From Fonticula alba ATCC 38817 (lineage: Eukaryota > Protista > Nucleariida), in NCBI GenBank assembly GCA_000388065.2, contig KB932201.1: a DNA stretch of 30,952 bases. One strand, 5' to 3'. This document shows positions 1 through 10,879 of the stretch, one piece after another (position 1 is the stretch's first letter; each line of letters opens with the position of its first letter). The position numbers and the translations under genes are program-made. The notes beneath the pieces are model-generated. The model was not told the DNA's origin. It saw nothing but the letters and a program-made list of their open reading frames with translations, and did not search any database.

Positions 1-74
1 GGGGGGGGGGGGGGGGTAACCAGCGTCGTTGTATCCGCTGTGAAGCGGACGGTAAGGGCATCCCTAGCTGTCGG

Positions 75-816
75 GTGTGCCGAACCCAGGGCCCCATGCG
101 CAGATGCTTGGCATGCATCGATAGCTTGGCAGTCACGGCCGATGGGATTGCCAGCCAGGAGCACCGCCCCTCGGGGGAGCCCCACCCGATGGGTCTGTCT
201 GCCCGAGATCGGTGTAGCATGGCCGTCTGGGGCAAATGCTCGCTCAGCGCAGCATGTTGCTGGAGATGCTCCTCGCCTCGGGTATCGACATCGGGGGGTG
301 GCGGCATCGGCCTGCCATAGTTGGTGCTGGTCCGGCGAACGGATATTCCCTCGCACCCCTGGGGAGGCCCATGGTATGTTTACTTTTGTTCCGCGATTGG
401 TCGCGAGGATTGCGGCGGCGTGCCTCGCACCCTTGAATGTGCTCTGGTCCCTCCATGGGTGCGAGCAGCGTTACTCGGCGGTCACAAACTGCCGCCACCG
501 CCGCTGAGCAGGCAATCTGGTGTGGCGTTGGCCCGACAAAACGCACATTGGCCAGCTACGCATGTGTGGACAAGTGCCTTCGAGGACTTTTCCCAGATCT
601 GTGCCTCCACATCGCCTGTGTCCCGGCGTGCGATCACCACATGGGTCCGGAGAGGGCCGAGTACACCAACAGAGGCTGCCCGGCCGATCGGCCTTTCCCT
701 GTCCTGAGCCTTGACGTGGGCTTGAGTTTGCCACTCACCCGTCTATGTGTCATCGTCCTGATGGGCTACTGTCACATGCGCCAAGTGCAGGAGTCAACGG
801 TGCGAAAGGCCGCTAT

Positions 817-847
<31 letters not shown>

Positions 848-2400
848 CCAGCCGCCCCCCCCCCCCCCCCCCGCACCCCAACCAGCAGCTAAATATCAAA
901 GTCACTTCCTTGCCCAGATGCTTTCTTTCGCACTTCCCCTTCCCATCCCGCCTCCCATCCGAACCCACCTCCCTGGCCCCCTCCAGCATCCTACAAATGA
1001 GCATGGTGGCATATTCCCCCCATGCCGCGCCGATAACATGCCCACATAGCGCCCATCGTATAACTGCTCTTCGCATGTAGAAAATGCCACATTGCCCAAT
1101 GCGCTTGGCGGTGTGTCATTGCGCTTGGGAGCGGTGTGGTAGGGCGGGGGTCTTCGCTTTGATCGTATTCCCACCCAACAGAGCTGTCCCTTCCCGAATG
1201 TGTCCCGGTCAACATCGAGCGGAATTTTGCCCATGTTGACGTGGGCCCGGTTGTCGGCAAACAGTCCGGCATGCCATCAGCGCGGGAGGTTGGAGTTGAA
1301 GATCGGGCGTACCGAGGATGCCCCGAAGCTGTGGCCATCAAGCGCCTCGCCAGAATACAATGATCTGTCGGCCTCTTTATCCTCTTGTCGCATCCCCCTT
1401 CGCACCCGGCGATTTGATAGACACGCACCTCGACTCGAGCGAATTGGAAGGCGTGGCCAAAAAAAAAAAGGGCGATTCCCCTCTTCCAGGCTGAGGTGGC
1501 ACCCTTGTGGAGTGTGCGCTGCTTTTTTTCTTCCCCGCGCCTGGCAAACATCTCCCCCGAGATGCTAAGCACCCAGCACGATGGCTCACGCGAGGCGGCT
1601 CGAATGCCATGCGTATGCATGGGCATTCGAAGTAACCTGTGTGTCCACCATGGTGATGCCCTTCGGCGTCCAGCTGGACCTCTCTCTTGAGGGCAGTGGC
1701 GGGGGATTGCCGCTGCACGAGCGCTTGGGCATGACAGAGGACCTTTTCACCTGGCCTCGAGGCCGTACATCCTCAGAGTGTGGCCTATTGTGACATGACG
1801 ATCTTTAATGTGCCGGACGGCCTGAAGGGGGCCGGCCAGTGGATGGCCATGATCAGTGACCTCGGTGGGCCCAAGAACCGGCCCGAGCATTGCTTCGGTG
1901 CATGGACCACCAACGCCGGCCGGGTCAATGCCATGACGGTGGTACATGCCTCGTCAGAGGTGCGTGCCATTGTCCTGATATACCTTGGCCCTTTTCCCCG
2001 GACCTCCCTCCCGGAGGCTGCTTTACACCCCTACGCCGGGGGCTTCCGAGACACCTGCCGGTGGCCTTTGCTCAGACACCGCCAACGGCGGACATACACT
2101 TCCCCACCGACGTCTATGCAGCCGGAGTATCTGGAGCCGCCTTACTGGTCGATCGGCGGCTCTCGGCTCGCGCAATTGCACATGCCCCTGTATTCGCATT
2201 ACAGGTGGGCTTTTATCCGGCATTACCTGTTGGATCTCCCCCTTGCCGTGGCGGTGCTTTCCGACATGTTGATCGAACAGATCGCCCAAGAGGTACATGC
2301 CAGCAAGCGCCCACACATCGAGGAGCTTCGGGAGGTCCGGGCCCAGGAAGGCACCTCGCCGGAGGCGGTGGATCAGCTTCTGAAGATGTTACAACGAACT
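75..2400 (+). pseudogene. Degenerate receptor-type protein kinase (TKL-like): furin-like Cys-rich ectodomain, TM-like segment and frameshifted kinase domain
   Basis: Cys-rich pieces CRTQGPMRRCLAC (75-) and CSGPS...ACVDKCLRGLFPD...CVPAC (437-) are followed by hydrophobic VGLSLPLTRLCVIVLMGY. Kinase motifs are in the correct order but in alternating frames: Gly-loop-like ERIGRRGQ (1437-1460), LPLHERLGMTEDL then a shift to GLEAVH..AYCDMTIFNV (VIb, 1783-1812), ISDLG (VII, 1852-1866), TVVHASSEV (VIII, 1936-1962), TDVYAAGV (IX, 2106-2129, other frame), LIEQIAQEVHASKRP (XI, 2269-2313). Boundaries are approximate. Confidence 0.62.
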
Positions 2401-3394
2401 GACGAAGAGCAAGCGCACCTCCGTCGAGCCATGGCGGTCCTCCGGCAGAAGCTGGCCGCTATATGTGCCATCTGTCCTCACGAATGGCTGAATTCCATGC
2501 AGAACCCATTGCCAGTCCCTGTTCATTGCAGCAGCGCCCGGAGGGAGGGCCCTGCCTTTTCCTGTTGCCGCTTGGCAGCGTGGCCCATCACCTGTGCTCT
2601 TCCCGGACGGGCCAGAAAGAGGCCAGGTGTGGCAGACACAGGCTCCTCCGAATTTAAGCAGGTTCCAACAAAGGGATGTGACTCCCCCCCCCCTCCCCCC
2701 CCTCCCCCTCCGGGCAAACACTTGCCATTAGTCCCGTCCTCAGAACCATCCCCGGGGCACGAGAAAATGATTGGATCATGATCGAGCGCTGCGATTGGGG
2801 GAAAAAAAAAAGGGCCCTGCTGTTCCCGGGAGGAGGCGGGGCCGCGGGCGATCGGATGCCCGTCCTCAAAATGTGGCCAGATATGATCTGCAACTGTAGT
2901 AGCCCCCTGATGGTGTGGGGTCTGGCCCATTGGAACCAGTCGAAGATGCGCCCTGCACGCTAAGGCAAACTGCCACGGAGTTTTCTGGACCCGTCGCCGA
3001 CAATGTCCCCCGCCCCCCCCCCCCCCCGTCCCCCTCTACCAAAAACAGGAGAAACACCCAACGTCCCCGGTCCCGGGATCCACGATCCAGGCCCACACCA
3101 TGCCCGCACTGCATGGCCGCCCATCAACGTATGAGATCGCATGTAGGGTGGTTTGCTCTCTTTTTTTTTTGCATTTTGAATTGTTTCCAACCCCTCCACC
3201 AGGAGGGGAGAATGGAGTGCGGCGCAAGCGCACACCTGACCGGTGCCACCGAGGGTAGGCCGCACACAGTGTGACGCTCCCGACGGGGAGTGTGGACAGG
3301 CAGGCAGGCGGACAGGAGTGAAGTGAAGGTGGAAGCAAGGACAGCGGGGGGCGAGGCCAGTGGCGAGGGGGGGGAGCTCAAAAGGGAGGCCCAC

Positions 3395-3887
3395 CTAGTG
3401 GCGGTTCGGGGTGATGTCGGTAATGGTCGTCCCATCGGAGATGTACTGGCCCTGGCAACTCTGACACACGTAGATCAGAGAGAAGTCGGCCTCCGGCGAG
3501 CGGGACGCCAGGAAGAAAATGAGCGTGGTCTTCATGTTGCACAGCTCACAGGTGGCCGACCGCCGGGGGAGAGTCGGATCGGTGGTCACATCGCCGTACT
3601 CGGTCTGCTGGTCACCGGCCTGGCGAGAGATGTAGTTGGTGTAGACTACTGGCAGATCGGTGGAAACGGTCTGGAAGGTGCACTGCTGGCGCCGGCACTT
3701 GAGGATGAGGACCTTGTTGATGGGGTCCTCCTCGGGGTAGAGGATGTTGTTGCTTTCAAGCGGGAGGGGGCCGGGGGGGGGGGGACAGACGGGGGAGGGG
3801 GACATTAGACGAGACAGGGCGGACACGAAGATCCGGCGGCGCTAGCGGGGGGGGGGAGTATAGGTACCAGGAAGAACAGAAACGCAT
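3395..3887 (-). CDS. RPB9: DNA-directed RNA polymerase II subunit RPB9 (POLR2I), 125 aa; exons 3887-3868 and 3752-3395
   Basis: The spliced product MRFCSSC|NNILYPEED...DVTTDPTLPRRSATCELC...LIYVCQSC has two zinc ribbons and the RPB9 hallmark DPTLPR. The GT (3867)/AG (3753) phase-2 intron rebuilds a Cys codon. It lacks the QxRSADE catalytic motif of RPC11/RPA12. Confidence 0.92.
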
Positions 3888-4407
3888 GGCGGGGGCGGCT
3901 CCTGGTGCAACTATTCGAACGGCGTCAGAAGACGGGAGATGGGGAGATGGGGAGAGAGAGAGAGAGAGAAGAAAGGGAAATCCGTGGGCGGGCCTCTCGG
4001 TCGAGCTGAAGGCACGACCGGGGACAGTGTCAGTGTCATTCAACGGAAAGGGATTGGTCAAAGAAGGAAGGAACGCGGCGGGGGGGAGACGAGCTTGAGG
4101 GCGAGCAAAATGGGGATGCTTTCGCCTGGGCCAGCTCAAAGGGGGCGCATCCAGCCAGGATGAATGCAAACGGGGCATGCCTGGGTGGTGGACTCTAGCA
4201 GCGCGACAGAGGGAAGACCGGAGCCTGGCTGGGACGGCCATGAAAGGTTGGCCAATACGAGGATGTACTCGAGGAGAGGGACGAGCTCGATCTGGCGCCC
4301 GGAAACACTTTGGCATGGTCCTCGCCCCACCCTCGGCCGCTCCCAAGGCCCGGGCCTCGAGCCTGCAGGAGCCGCAGGCATCTACCGAGGACATGGCCTC
4401 CAAAATG

Positions 4408-4438
<31 letters not shown>

Positions 4439-5951
4439 CGCAGGGAAGGCCCAGCGGGGAGACGCGGCTTCACGCACCAGGGGATCGCGCCGTCTAGGGA
4501 AGGAGGAAGGGCGGAGGAGACCTCGCGCGGCAGCGGCGGCGGCGGCGGTCCGGCGTCCAGGAGGGAGATTGGCACACGAAACGGGGAAGCAAAATTGGCG
4601 AGAGGAAAAGGCGGTGGCTGAAAGGGGGCACAGGGGCCAAGAAGGGAGGGAGGGAGGGAGGAGGGAGTCGGCTCTGGCGTTGCGAGTGGCAGGGCCGGAA
4701 CACACGCGGGTCGGGGGGCGAAAAGTGGCCAGACCTCGTCTCCTCCCGGAGGCACTGCCCGACACTGACGGGGGGGGGGGGCAGTGAAAACCGGACTGGT
4801 CAGCGGGGACGGCGGGGGGAGGGGGGCGATTTACTTTCAGAAGGAACCGACAAAAGGGCGGAAGGGGACAAGTGGACAACTGCCACCGAACATGCCCTGG
4901 CGAATGGTGTTTGCCCGTCTCCTTTACTCGACCGGTGGCTAACGCCATATGTGAAATGGGAAGTGGGAAAATAACGGAAGACCAAAAATCGCCCTGAGGT
5001 GCCGACGCCGGGCACGTCGCAGAGACCATGACCCGCCCAATCTCCGAGGGAGTGTTTTGCCTTGCGCCAGTCTTCGGGGGCTTGCGCACGCACACGCATG
5101 CAACCACACACACACACACCCCCACACGCACGCACGCACGCACGCACATACTTTGCTCAGCCAGGCACCGGGGAGGGGCGCTCCCGAGGACGCCCCGCCA
5201 ACAGGGTGGTGAGCGAAAGACAAAATGTGAGCAGGCGCTGCGGCTCGGCGTCCATGCAGACGAGGGGGTGTCGCCAGAGACGCATGCGGCACCGTGAGCC
5301 CTGCCCCCTGCGCGGACCACCATACACCCACACACCACCTGCCGGCTCCCCCCCCCCCCCAGCGGCGGCCATTGCTCTCGCTCACCATCACCGCGCCCCC
5401 TTCCAGCCGCCCAAACTGGACCACACACACACTCACAGACAACAAGGGGCCGGAGAGAACATGCCCGCCAGGCGAAAAAAGAGGGAAAACGGAATCCCGA
5501 CAGGGGGGGGGGCGCCGCGGGCGGCGCGTCGCCGCGCGCACGCGGTGTGGAGGGAAAAAAAGAGCATACAAGAGAAGAGAGGCTTGGTGTATTGATTTGC
5601 ACTGGCGCGACACGCATGCTTGCCCTCCGGGCCAGCCACCAGGGGAGGGGGGTGGGGTGGTGGTAGGAGAGAGAGGCCGAGGCCTGGGGGGCGACACACG
5701 GGCTCTCCACACACAAGGAGGCAGGAGGGAGCACACGCACACGACGGCACACGGTGCGCATACACACGCGGCGCACACACAAGGGGACGCACGCGCGCCA
5801 TCTCGAAGGGCAAAATATGATGACGCTACGCCGCAGAAGGGGGAGGAGGAAACCCCGCCACCGGGCAGACATGCGTAGGGGGGCCGCCAGCCAAGAAAGC
5901 ACGACGGAGATGGCGCGGAGGAAATGCGGAGTGGAAAAGAGTAGGGAATAC

Positions 5952-7181
5952 TTACTCCTCGTCCTCGAGGGAAGCGAAGAAGGCAGCCTTCTTGGCCTCG
6001 ATGCGGGCGCGGCGCTCGTCGTAGGTGAGCTTCTTGTCGGTCCAGCGCTTGTTCTCGACAGTGCGAGCGGGCTTGGCCTTGTGGACGGGGTCGGCACGGA
6101 TGAGGGCATGAGCCTTCTTGTAGACCTCGGGCAGGCTCTCGGCGGTGAGGCCGGCCTTGATGAAGCGGGAGAACTGCTTCTTGTAAGCCTCCTCGTCCTC
6201 GTCCTTGAGGAGCTCCATGTACTCGGCGACGTGCTCACCGAAGATGCGCTTGCGGAGGACCTCAGCGTCGAACTCACCGGACTCGACGTCGAAGCCGGGC
6301 AGGCGCTTCTCGGAGTGGGGGATGGCAACACCACCATCGACGGCACCCTTCATGACACCGAAGATACGAGCACCGGTGGTGGTGCGGGCAAGACCGGTAT
6401 CAAGGTAGGCGCGGAAGGGGCGGGGCTGACCGTCGATCTCCTCGACGTTGTAGACCTCGCCATCGACCTCGGTGGTACCCTCGTAGATGGAGGCGAGGTT
6501 GAGCTTGGTGAGCAGGCGGCGGGCAGCCAGCAGACCGACGGCGTAGGCGGCGGCGTAGTTGGTCAGGCCGACAGTGATGCCGAAGTTCTTGAGCTCATGA
6601 GCGTAGGCAGAAGAGACGACGTAGTCACCCTCGATCTTGGAGTAGATGAACTGGGCAATGATGTCGTTGTTGGTGATGCGGACGACGAAGCGGTACTTGG
6701 GGGAAGCATACTTGTTCTTGTCCTGGTTGACAAGGCGCTGACGAGCGTAGTAGTCAGTCTTGCCATCTGCGGGGAGGGGGAGATTAGTGGGAGGGGAGGA
6801 GCGGGGAGAAAGAAGGTGGAAGGGGGCGAAGGAAAGAGGTCAGAGGGTCAGTGACAGGACGCGACAAACGGGGCCACACACGAGGGGGAGAGAGAGAGAG
6901 AGAGAGCGCGAGAATGAGGGGGTGGGACGCACCGCGGCGGCGACGGTACTGAGTCTGGAAGCGCTTGAAGTAGGCCTTGTTCTTAACGACCTTGAGGAAA
7001 GCCTGAGAGACGTGCGACGCGCCGTGTGTGTGTGTGCGTGCGTGCGGAGGGAGAGTTAGCAGAGGGGCGGGAGAGTTAGCAAGGAGGCGAGGAGGGGAAA
7101 AGGGCCGATGCATGGTACATCCGACAAAGAGAGACGGAGGAGGGAGTGTCGAGGGGGGGGCGGGCAGAGAGAGCGTACCAT
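5952..7181 (-). CDS. RPL5: 60S ribosomal protein L5 (uL18), 295 aa; exons 7181-7179 (ATG only), 7002-6933 and 6766-5952
   Basis: Translation [24 protein letters not shown]|[20 protein letters not shown]...[16 protein letters not shown]...[29 protein letters not shown] is typical uL18. Junctions are canonical GT-AG with GCTAAC/ACTAAT branch points, and codons are strongly biased to C/G endings. Confidence 0.97.
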
Positions 7182-9513
7182 TGTTACTCTATTGAACCGA
7201 AGAAGGTGAGTATGTCAACACAACAATCAGACGGTATAGGGGCCCGTGGTCTGGGGCAGTGGCGAGCAGGGAGGAGTCTCAAGAAAGGGTCACCCCCTCC
7301 TCCCTGGCGGCCTCACCCAGGAATGCATGCCGCACAGAGGGGGAGTGGGCGGGGAGGGTGGTGGGCAGGGGGGGGGGGCGGAGCGCCTGCGTCTTGTCGA
7401 ACACGAGGTCGCCAACACACGGAGCGGGGCCACGCCGCACCACCTCCCCGCATCCCCCCCATCCCCCGCGCCCCCCCCCACACCCCTCCATACACACACA
7501 CACACACAGCGCCGGGCTTACACCACCCCCCGGCCCCACCACTCCCGGCCCGAAGGGAGGAGCAAGAGACAAAAAAGCCCGCGACGCCCGAAAATCCCCC
7601 ACCATCACACCGCGACCTTGCCCCAAGGATGGCCACATGCTGTCCCCCCACCCCGCGCGATAGGGCGCGGGCGACCGCGGAGGACGGAACGCTCCTAGAC
7701 GCCAGGCGGAGGGGTAAACCCCATGCCGGATCTACCACGTCCCAAGGACCACGCAGGCGTGCGGCGCGCGCAGGGCGACGCCCACCCACCCACCCGAAAC
7801 CACCCTGACGCGGAGGGGCCGGAACCTGGAACGACACCCACTTGTGCGCGTGTGTCAGGGGGCGCGCACGCCGGTGTGAACACGAATGGGCAGGGCCCGC
7901 CCGGAGGGAGGGGGGGCCTCCACCGCGGCCGATCCCAAAAACACCCGGCCTCGCACACACAACACGAACCGGGCCGCCGTTTGGCGCCACCTGGCGCAGA
8001 GGAGCTCACAACACTCGGACCCCCGCCTCACGCCTGCCAGGAGGGCATGACGAGGAGTTATGGTTGTGCGGGCGAGCGCTCCCCAGCCTCCGCGAGGCAT
8101 GAACCTGCTAAACCCTCGGATGGAGGCCACTGGTCCCCGGTCCGGGCCCGGAGAGGGGGGCAGAGAAGCCCTGCCAAGATGAAAACTTGACCGAAACCCA
8201 GACCATTTAATGCGAGGAATATTCCCAAAGCTTGGAACTTGCATGTAGTAAAGTGCGTGATCCTGTGATATGAGCCTCAAATCACCCCGAGGAAGGAGCC
8301 AGAACGCTGGGATATCTGTTCCCCAGCTCAAGGGTTGGTAGCTTGGCGCACACACGCGTGACAATCTCCCTCCTGACCATCGCCGTTCGCTCTTCCCCTC
8401 GGGCATGGGTGTGCGAGTTCGACGAGGCACTTGAGCGATGATCATGCATGCCTCTCTGCACTTTGCTGGAGAGAGTGTGTCCGGGGGGGATCGAGCACTG
8501 GCGCAAAGAGTGGCCTTCGGTCTGTGTCCTTGTCCGTGTCTCTTTGATTCGCGCCTGGACAGGGGGGGGGCCTGGTCCAACTTCTGGCCGGAGCCCCCCC
8601 CCCCTCCCGCCCAGAGAAAGGCGCATGTGCATGCCCTGGCAGGGGCGAGAGCGTTGTGTGTGTTACACACCCAGGGGCGGCACCTTCAGCGGGTCGCCGA
8701 TGTGCCCCCCCCCTACCGGGCCATCATCCCGACGATGCATGGATGGGAAGATGGTGTCCGAGAGCCCCCTTCTCCTCGGGCACCACCATGTCACTGCGGC
8801 CGATGCAGGATGGGCACGCAGGGCGCGCTTGGCTCCGCCGCTTTGCGGCCGGAGGCCCCCTGCTGTTGCGTCCTTGAGGGGGGAGGGGGACACCGCGGGG
8901 GTGCGCGTCCGGCGGCATGGGGCCGCCCCGCGAGTAGAGAGGAAGGACCACGGGGCATACAGCAGGCGGGGGTACGGGCAGGGACACCTATGCGTATGTA
9001 TGCGTGGGGCCCCCGGCTATGGGTGAGGCGGAGCTGACCCACTCCCCGCCCCCCTTTCCGCGCTCCACCCTACCCGGATGGGAGGGGGGGGGGGTCGTAC
9101 CGTTGTGTGTGTGTGTGTGTGTGTGTAGGCCGGTGGGTGGTGCGGGCCAATCGCGCGTGCGGTGGTTTTTCTTTTCATCGAGCCACCCCCCAAGCCCCGG
9201 CGGCTGGGGCGACTGCCAGGCTCCCCCCAGAGGGGGGCCTCCTGCCTCCCGGGTGGGGAGCCCGGCTCACGGCCCGGCATGTTTGCCGCACTGCCACCGC
9301 GCTGCCCTGGGGGTTAGACCACTCTGCCGCGCGGCGGGGTGGGGCCGAGCAGCGCGCCCACCACCCGTGCCGCTACACACGTTCGCGGAGGAGAGAGGCA
9401 TGTGGCTTCTCCCACATTTGAGAGCCACTCTCCTGTATCCCGACTCCGCCCCATTTCCCAGCCTCCACCTCGGGAATTGTTTTTTTTATTCATCCTCGCC
9501 AGGTGTTTCAAAG

Positions 9514-10879
9514 ATGGTATGACCCATTTTCTTTGAACACCTCCCCCTCTCTCCTCCTCCTCCTCCTCCTCCCTTTTCTCCTTGCACACGCACACACTGC
9601 CCCCCTCCTCTCTCTCTCTCTCTGCATCCCCTTCGATCTCGGTTGCGCGTGTCGCCGTTGCCCCGTGCCTCGCTCGTGTGTCATCTTCGTCAGTGCCGCT
9701 GCCGCTGCCGCGCCGCCATTGCCGCCGCCTCTCCCCGGACGGTCCCCGCCCGCCACTTGCGCTTCATGTGCCCCCCCCTGCGTTTTGTGATGCGGCGGGG
9801 ATTCCTCTCGTCTCCTTTGGCCGTGCTCCTGCCCGGGGTAACGCTCTCCTCGCGTGGCAGCAGCCCGGCGGCTTGTGCGCGCGCGCGCGCGCGTGTGTGT
9901 GTGACGGCCATGGCACAGAGTCTCCGAGGGAGGAGAGAGACAGCTTTGCCCCTTCCCGGGGGAGACGCTTGTGTCGGATGTGCTCTGCATCCGCCATCTC
10001 TCCATTCTTGTCAAGCACCCGTGGGGCTTTGCTCGTCTTCTCTTTCCCCTCCCACACGCGGCAACGGCGTCACGGCAGCCAGCCCATCTCTGGCCTGCTT
10101 CTCGCGACCTCCTCACCTCCCTCTCTTCTCGACGTCCATTCGCGGTGGTGCTGACCTGTCTCTTCTGCTCGCTCTCTCCCTTTCCCCCCCCCCGCGCGCG
10201 CGCCCGCGCGCACGTACGCTCGTGTATCACACGCACCCAGGTCTACACTAAGTTCGTCGAGATCGGCCGTATCGTCCTCATCAACTACGGTGTCGATGCC
10301 GGCAAGATCGCCGCTATCGTCAACGTCGTTGACCAGAACCGCGCCCTCATTGATGGCCCCTCCATCAAGCGCCAGGTCGTCAACTTCAAGCGCATTACCC
10401 TGACCAACATCGTCGCCAAGGTCGGTATCAACTCCTCCACCCCCGCCGTCATCGCCGCTTTCGAGAAGGCCGAGGTCGCCAAGAAGTGGGCCGAGACCGC
10501 CGCTGCCAAGAAGGCTGCCAAGAAGGCCACCCGCGCCAACCTGTCCGACTTCGACCGCTTCAAGGTTATGGTCGCCAAGAAGAACGTGCGTATATCCTCG
10601 ATATATATCTCTCTCTCTCTTTGCGGCGTGTGTGGGGCCGGCCTCCCGCCTGTCTGCTTCTCACGCGCGGGGGCGCCGGAGCGTCGCGTCGTTCCGGCGC
10701 CCCCGCGCCACTTTCGCCGCCTCTCTCTCTCTCTCGCTCTTCCAATCGTCAATGTCCTGGATCGGTTCCGCTGACGCGTTTTCCTGCCTCCGCCCTCCTT
10801 CCCTCTCTCTCTCTCTCTCCAGGTCCGCGCCGCCGTCGCCAAGTCTTTCAAGGCTGAGAAGAAGGCCCTCGCCAACTAA
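9514..10879 (+). CDS. RPL14: 60S ribosomal protein L14 (eL14), 134 aa; exons 9514-9516 (ATG only, inferred), 10241-10585 and 10823-10879
   Basis: VYTKFVEIGRIVLINYG...IVNVVDQNRALIDGP...LSDFDRFKVMVAKKN|VRAAVAKSFK is typical eL14. Acceptors CAG at 10240 and 10822, donor GTGCGT at 10586. The start exon (AAAG-ATG|GTATGA at 9514) is the best candidate but is less certain than the rest. Confidence 0.95.
10665..10708 (+). repeat. Perfect 16-bp inverted repeat in RPL14 intron 2
   Basis: GCGCGGGGGCGCCGGA (10665-10680) is the exact reverse complement of TCCGGCGCCCCCGCGC (10693-10708). Confidence 0.9.

Noticed and set aside
4382-6854. Long ORFs 4382-6346 (-, 654 aa) and 5754-6854 (+, 366 aa)
   Set aside because: They are shadow and antisense frames of the codon-biased RPL5 exon plus GC-rich repeats.
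8160-8188. U6-like words CAGAGAAG...CCCTGCCAAGATGA
   Set aside because: It lacks the ATTAGCATGG segment with the catalytic AGC triad, the 5' stem and the U-rich end. Probably chance.
8280-8500. U3 snoRNA resemblance (CGAGGAAG, GATGATC, GAGAG hairpin)
   Set aside because: There is no box A/A' and no correctly placed terminal box D or stem.
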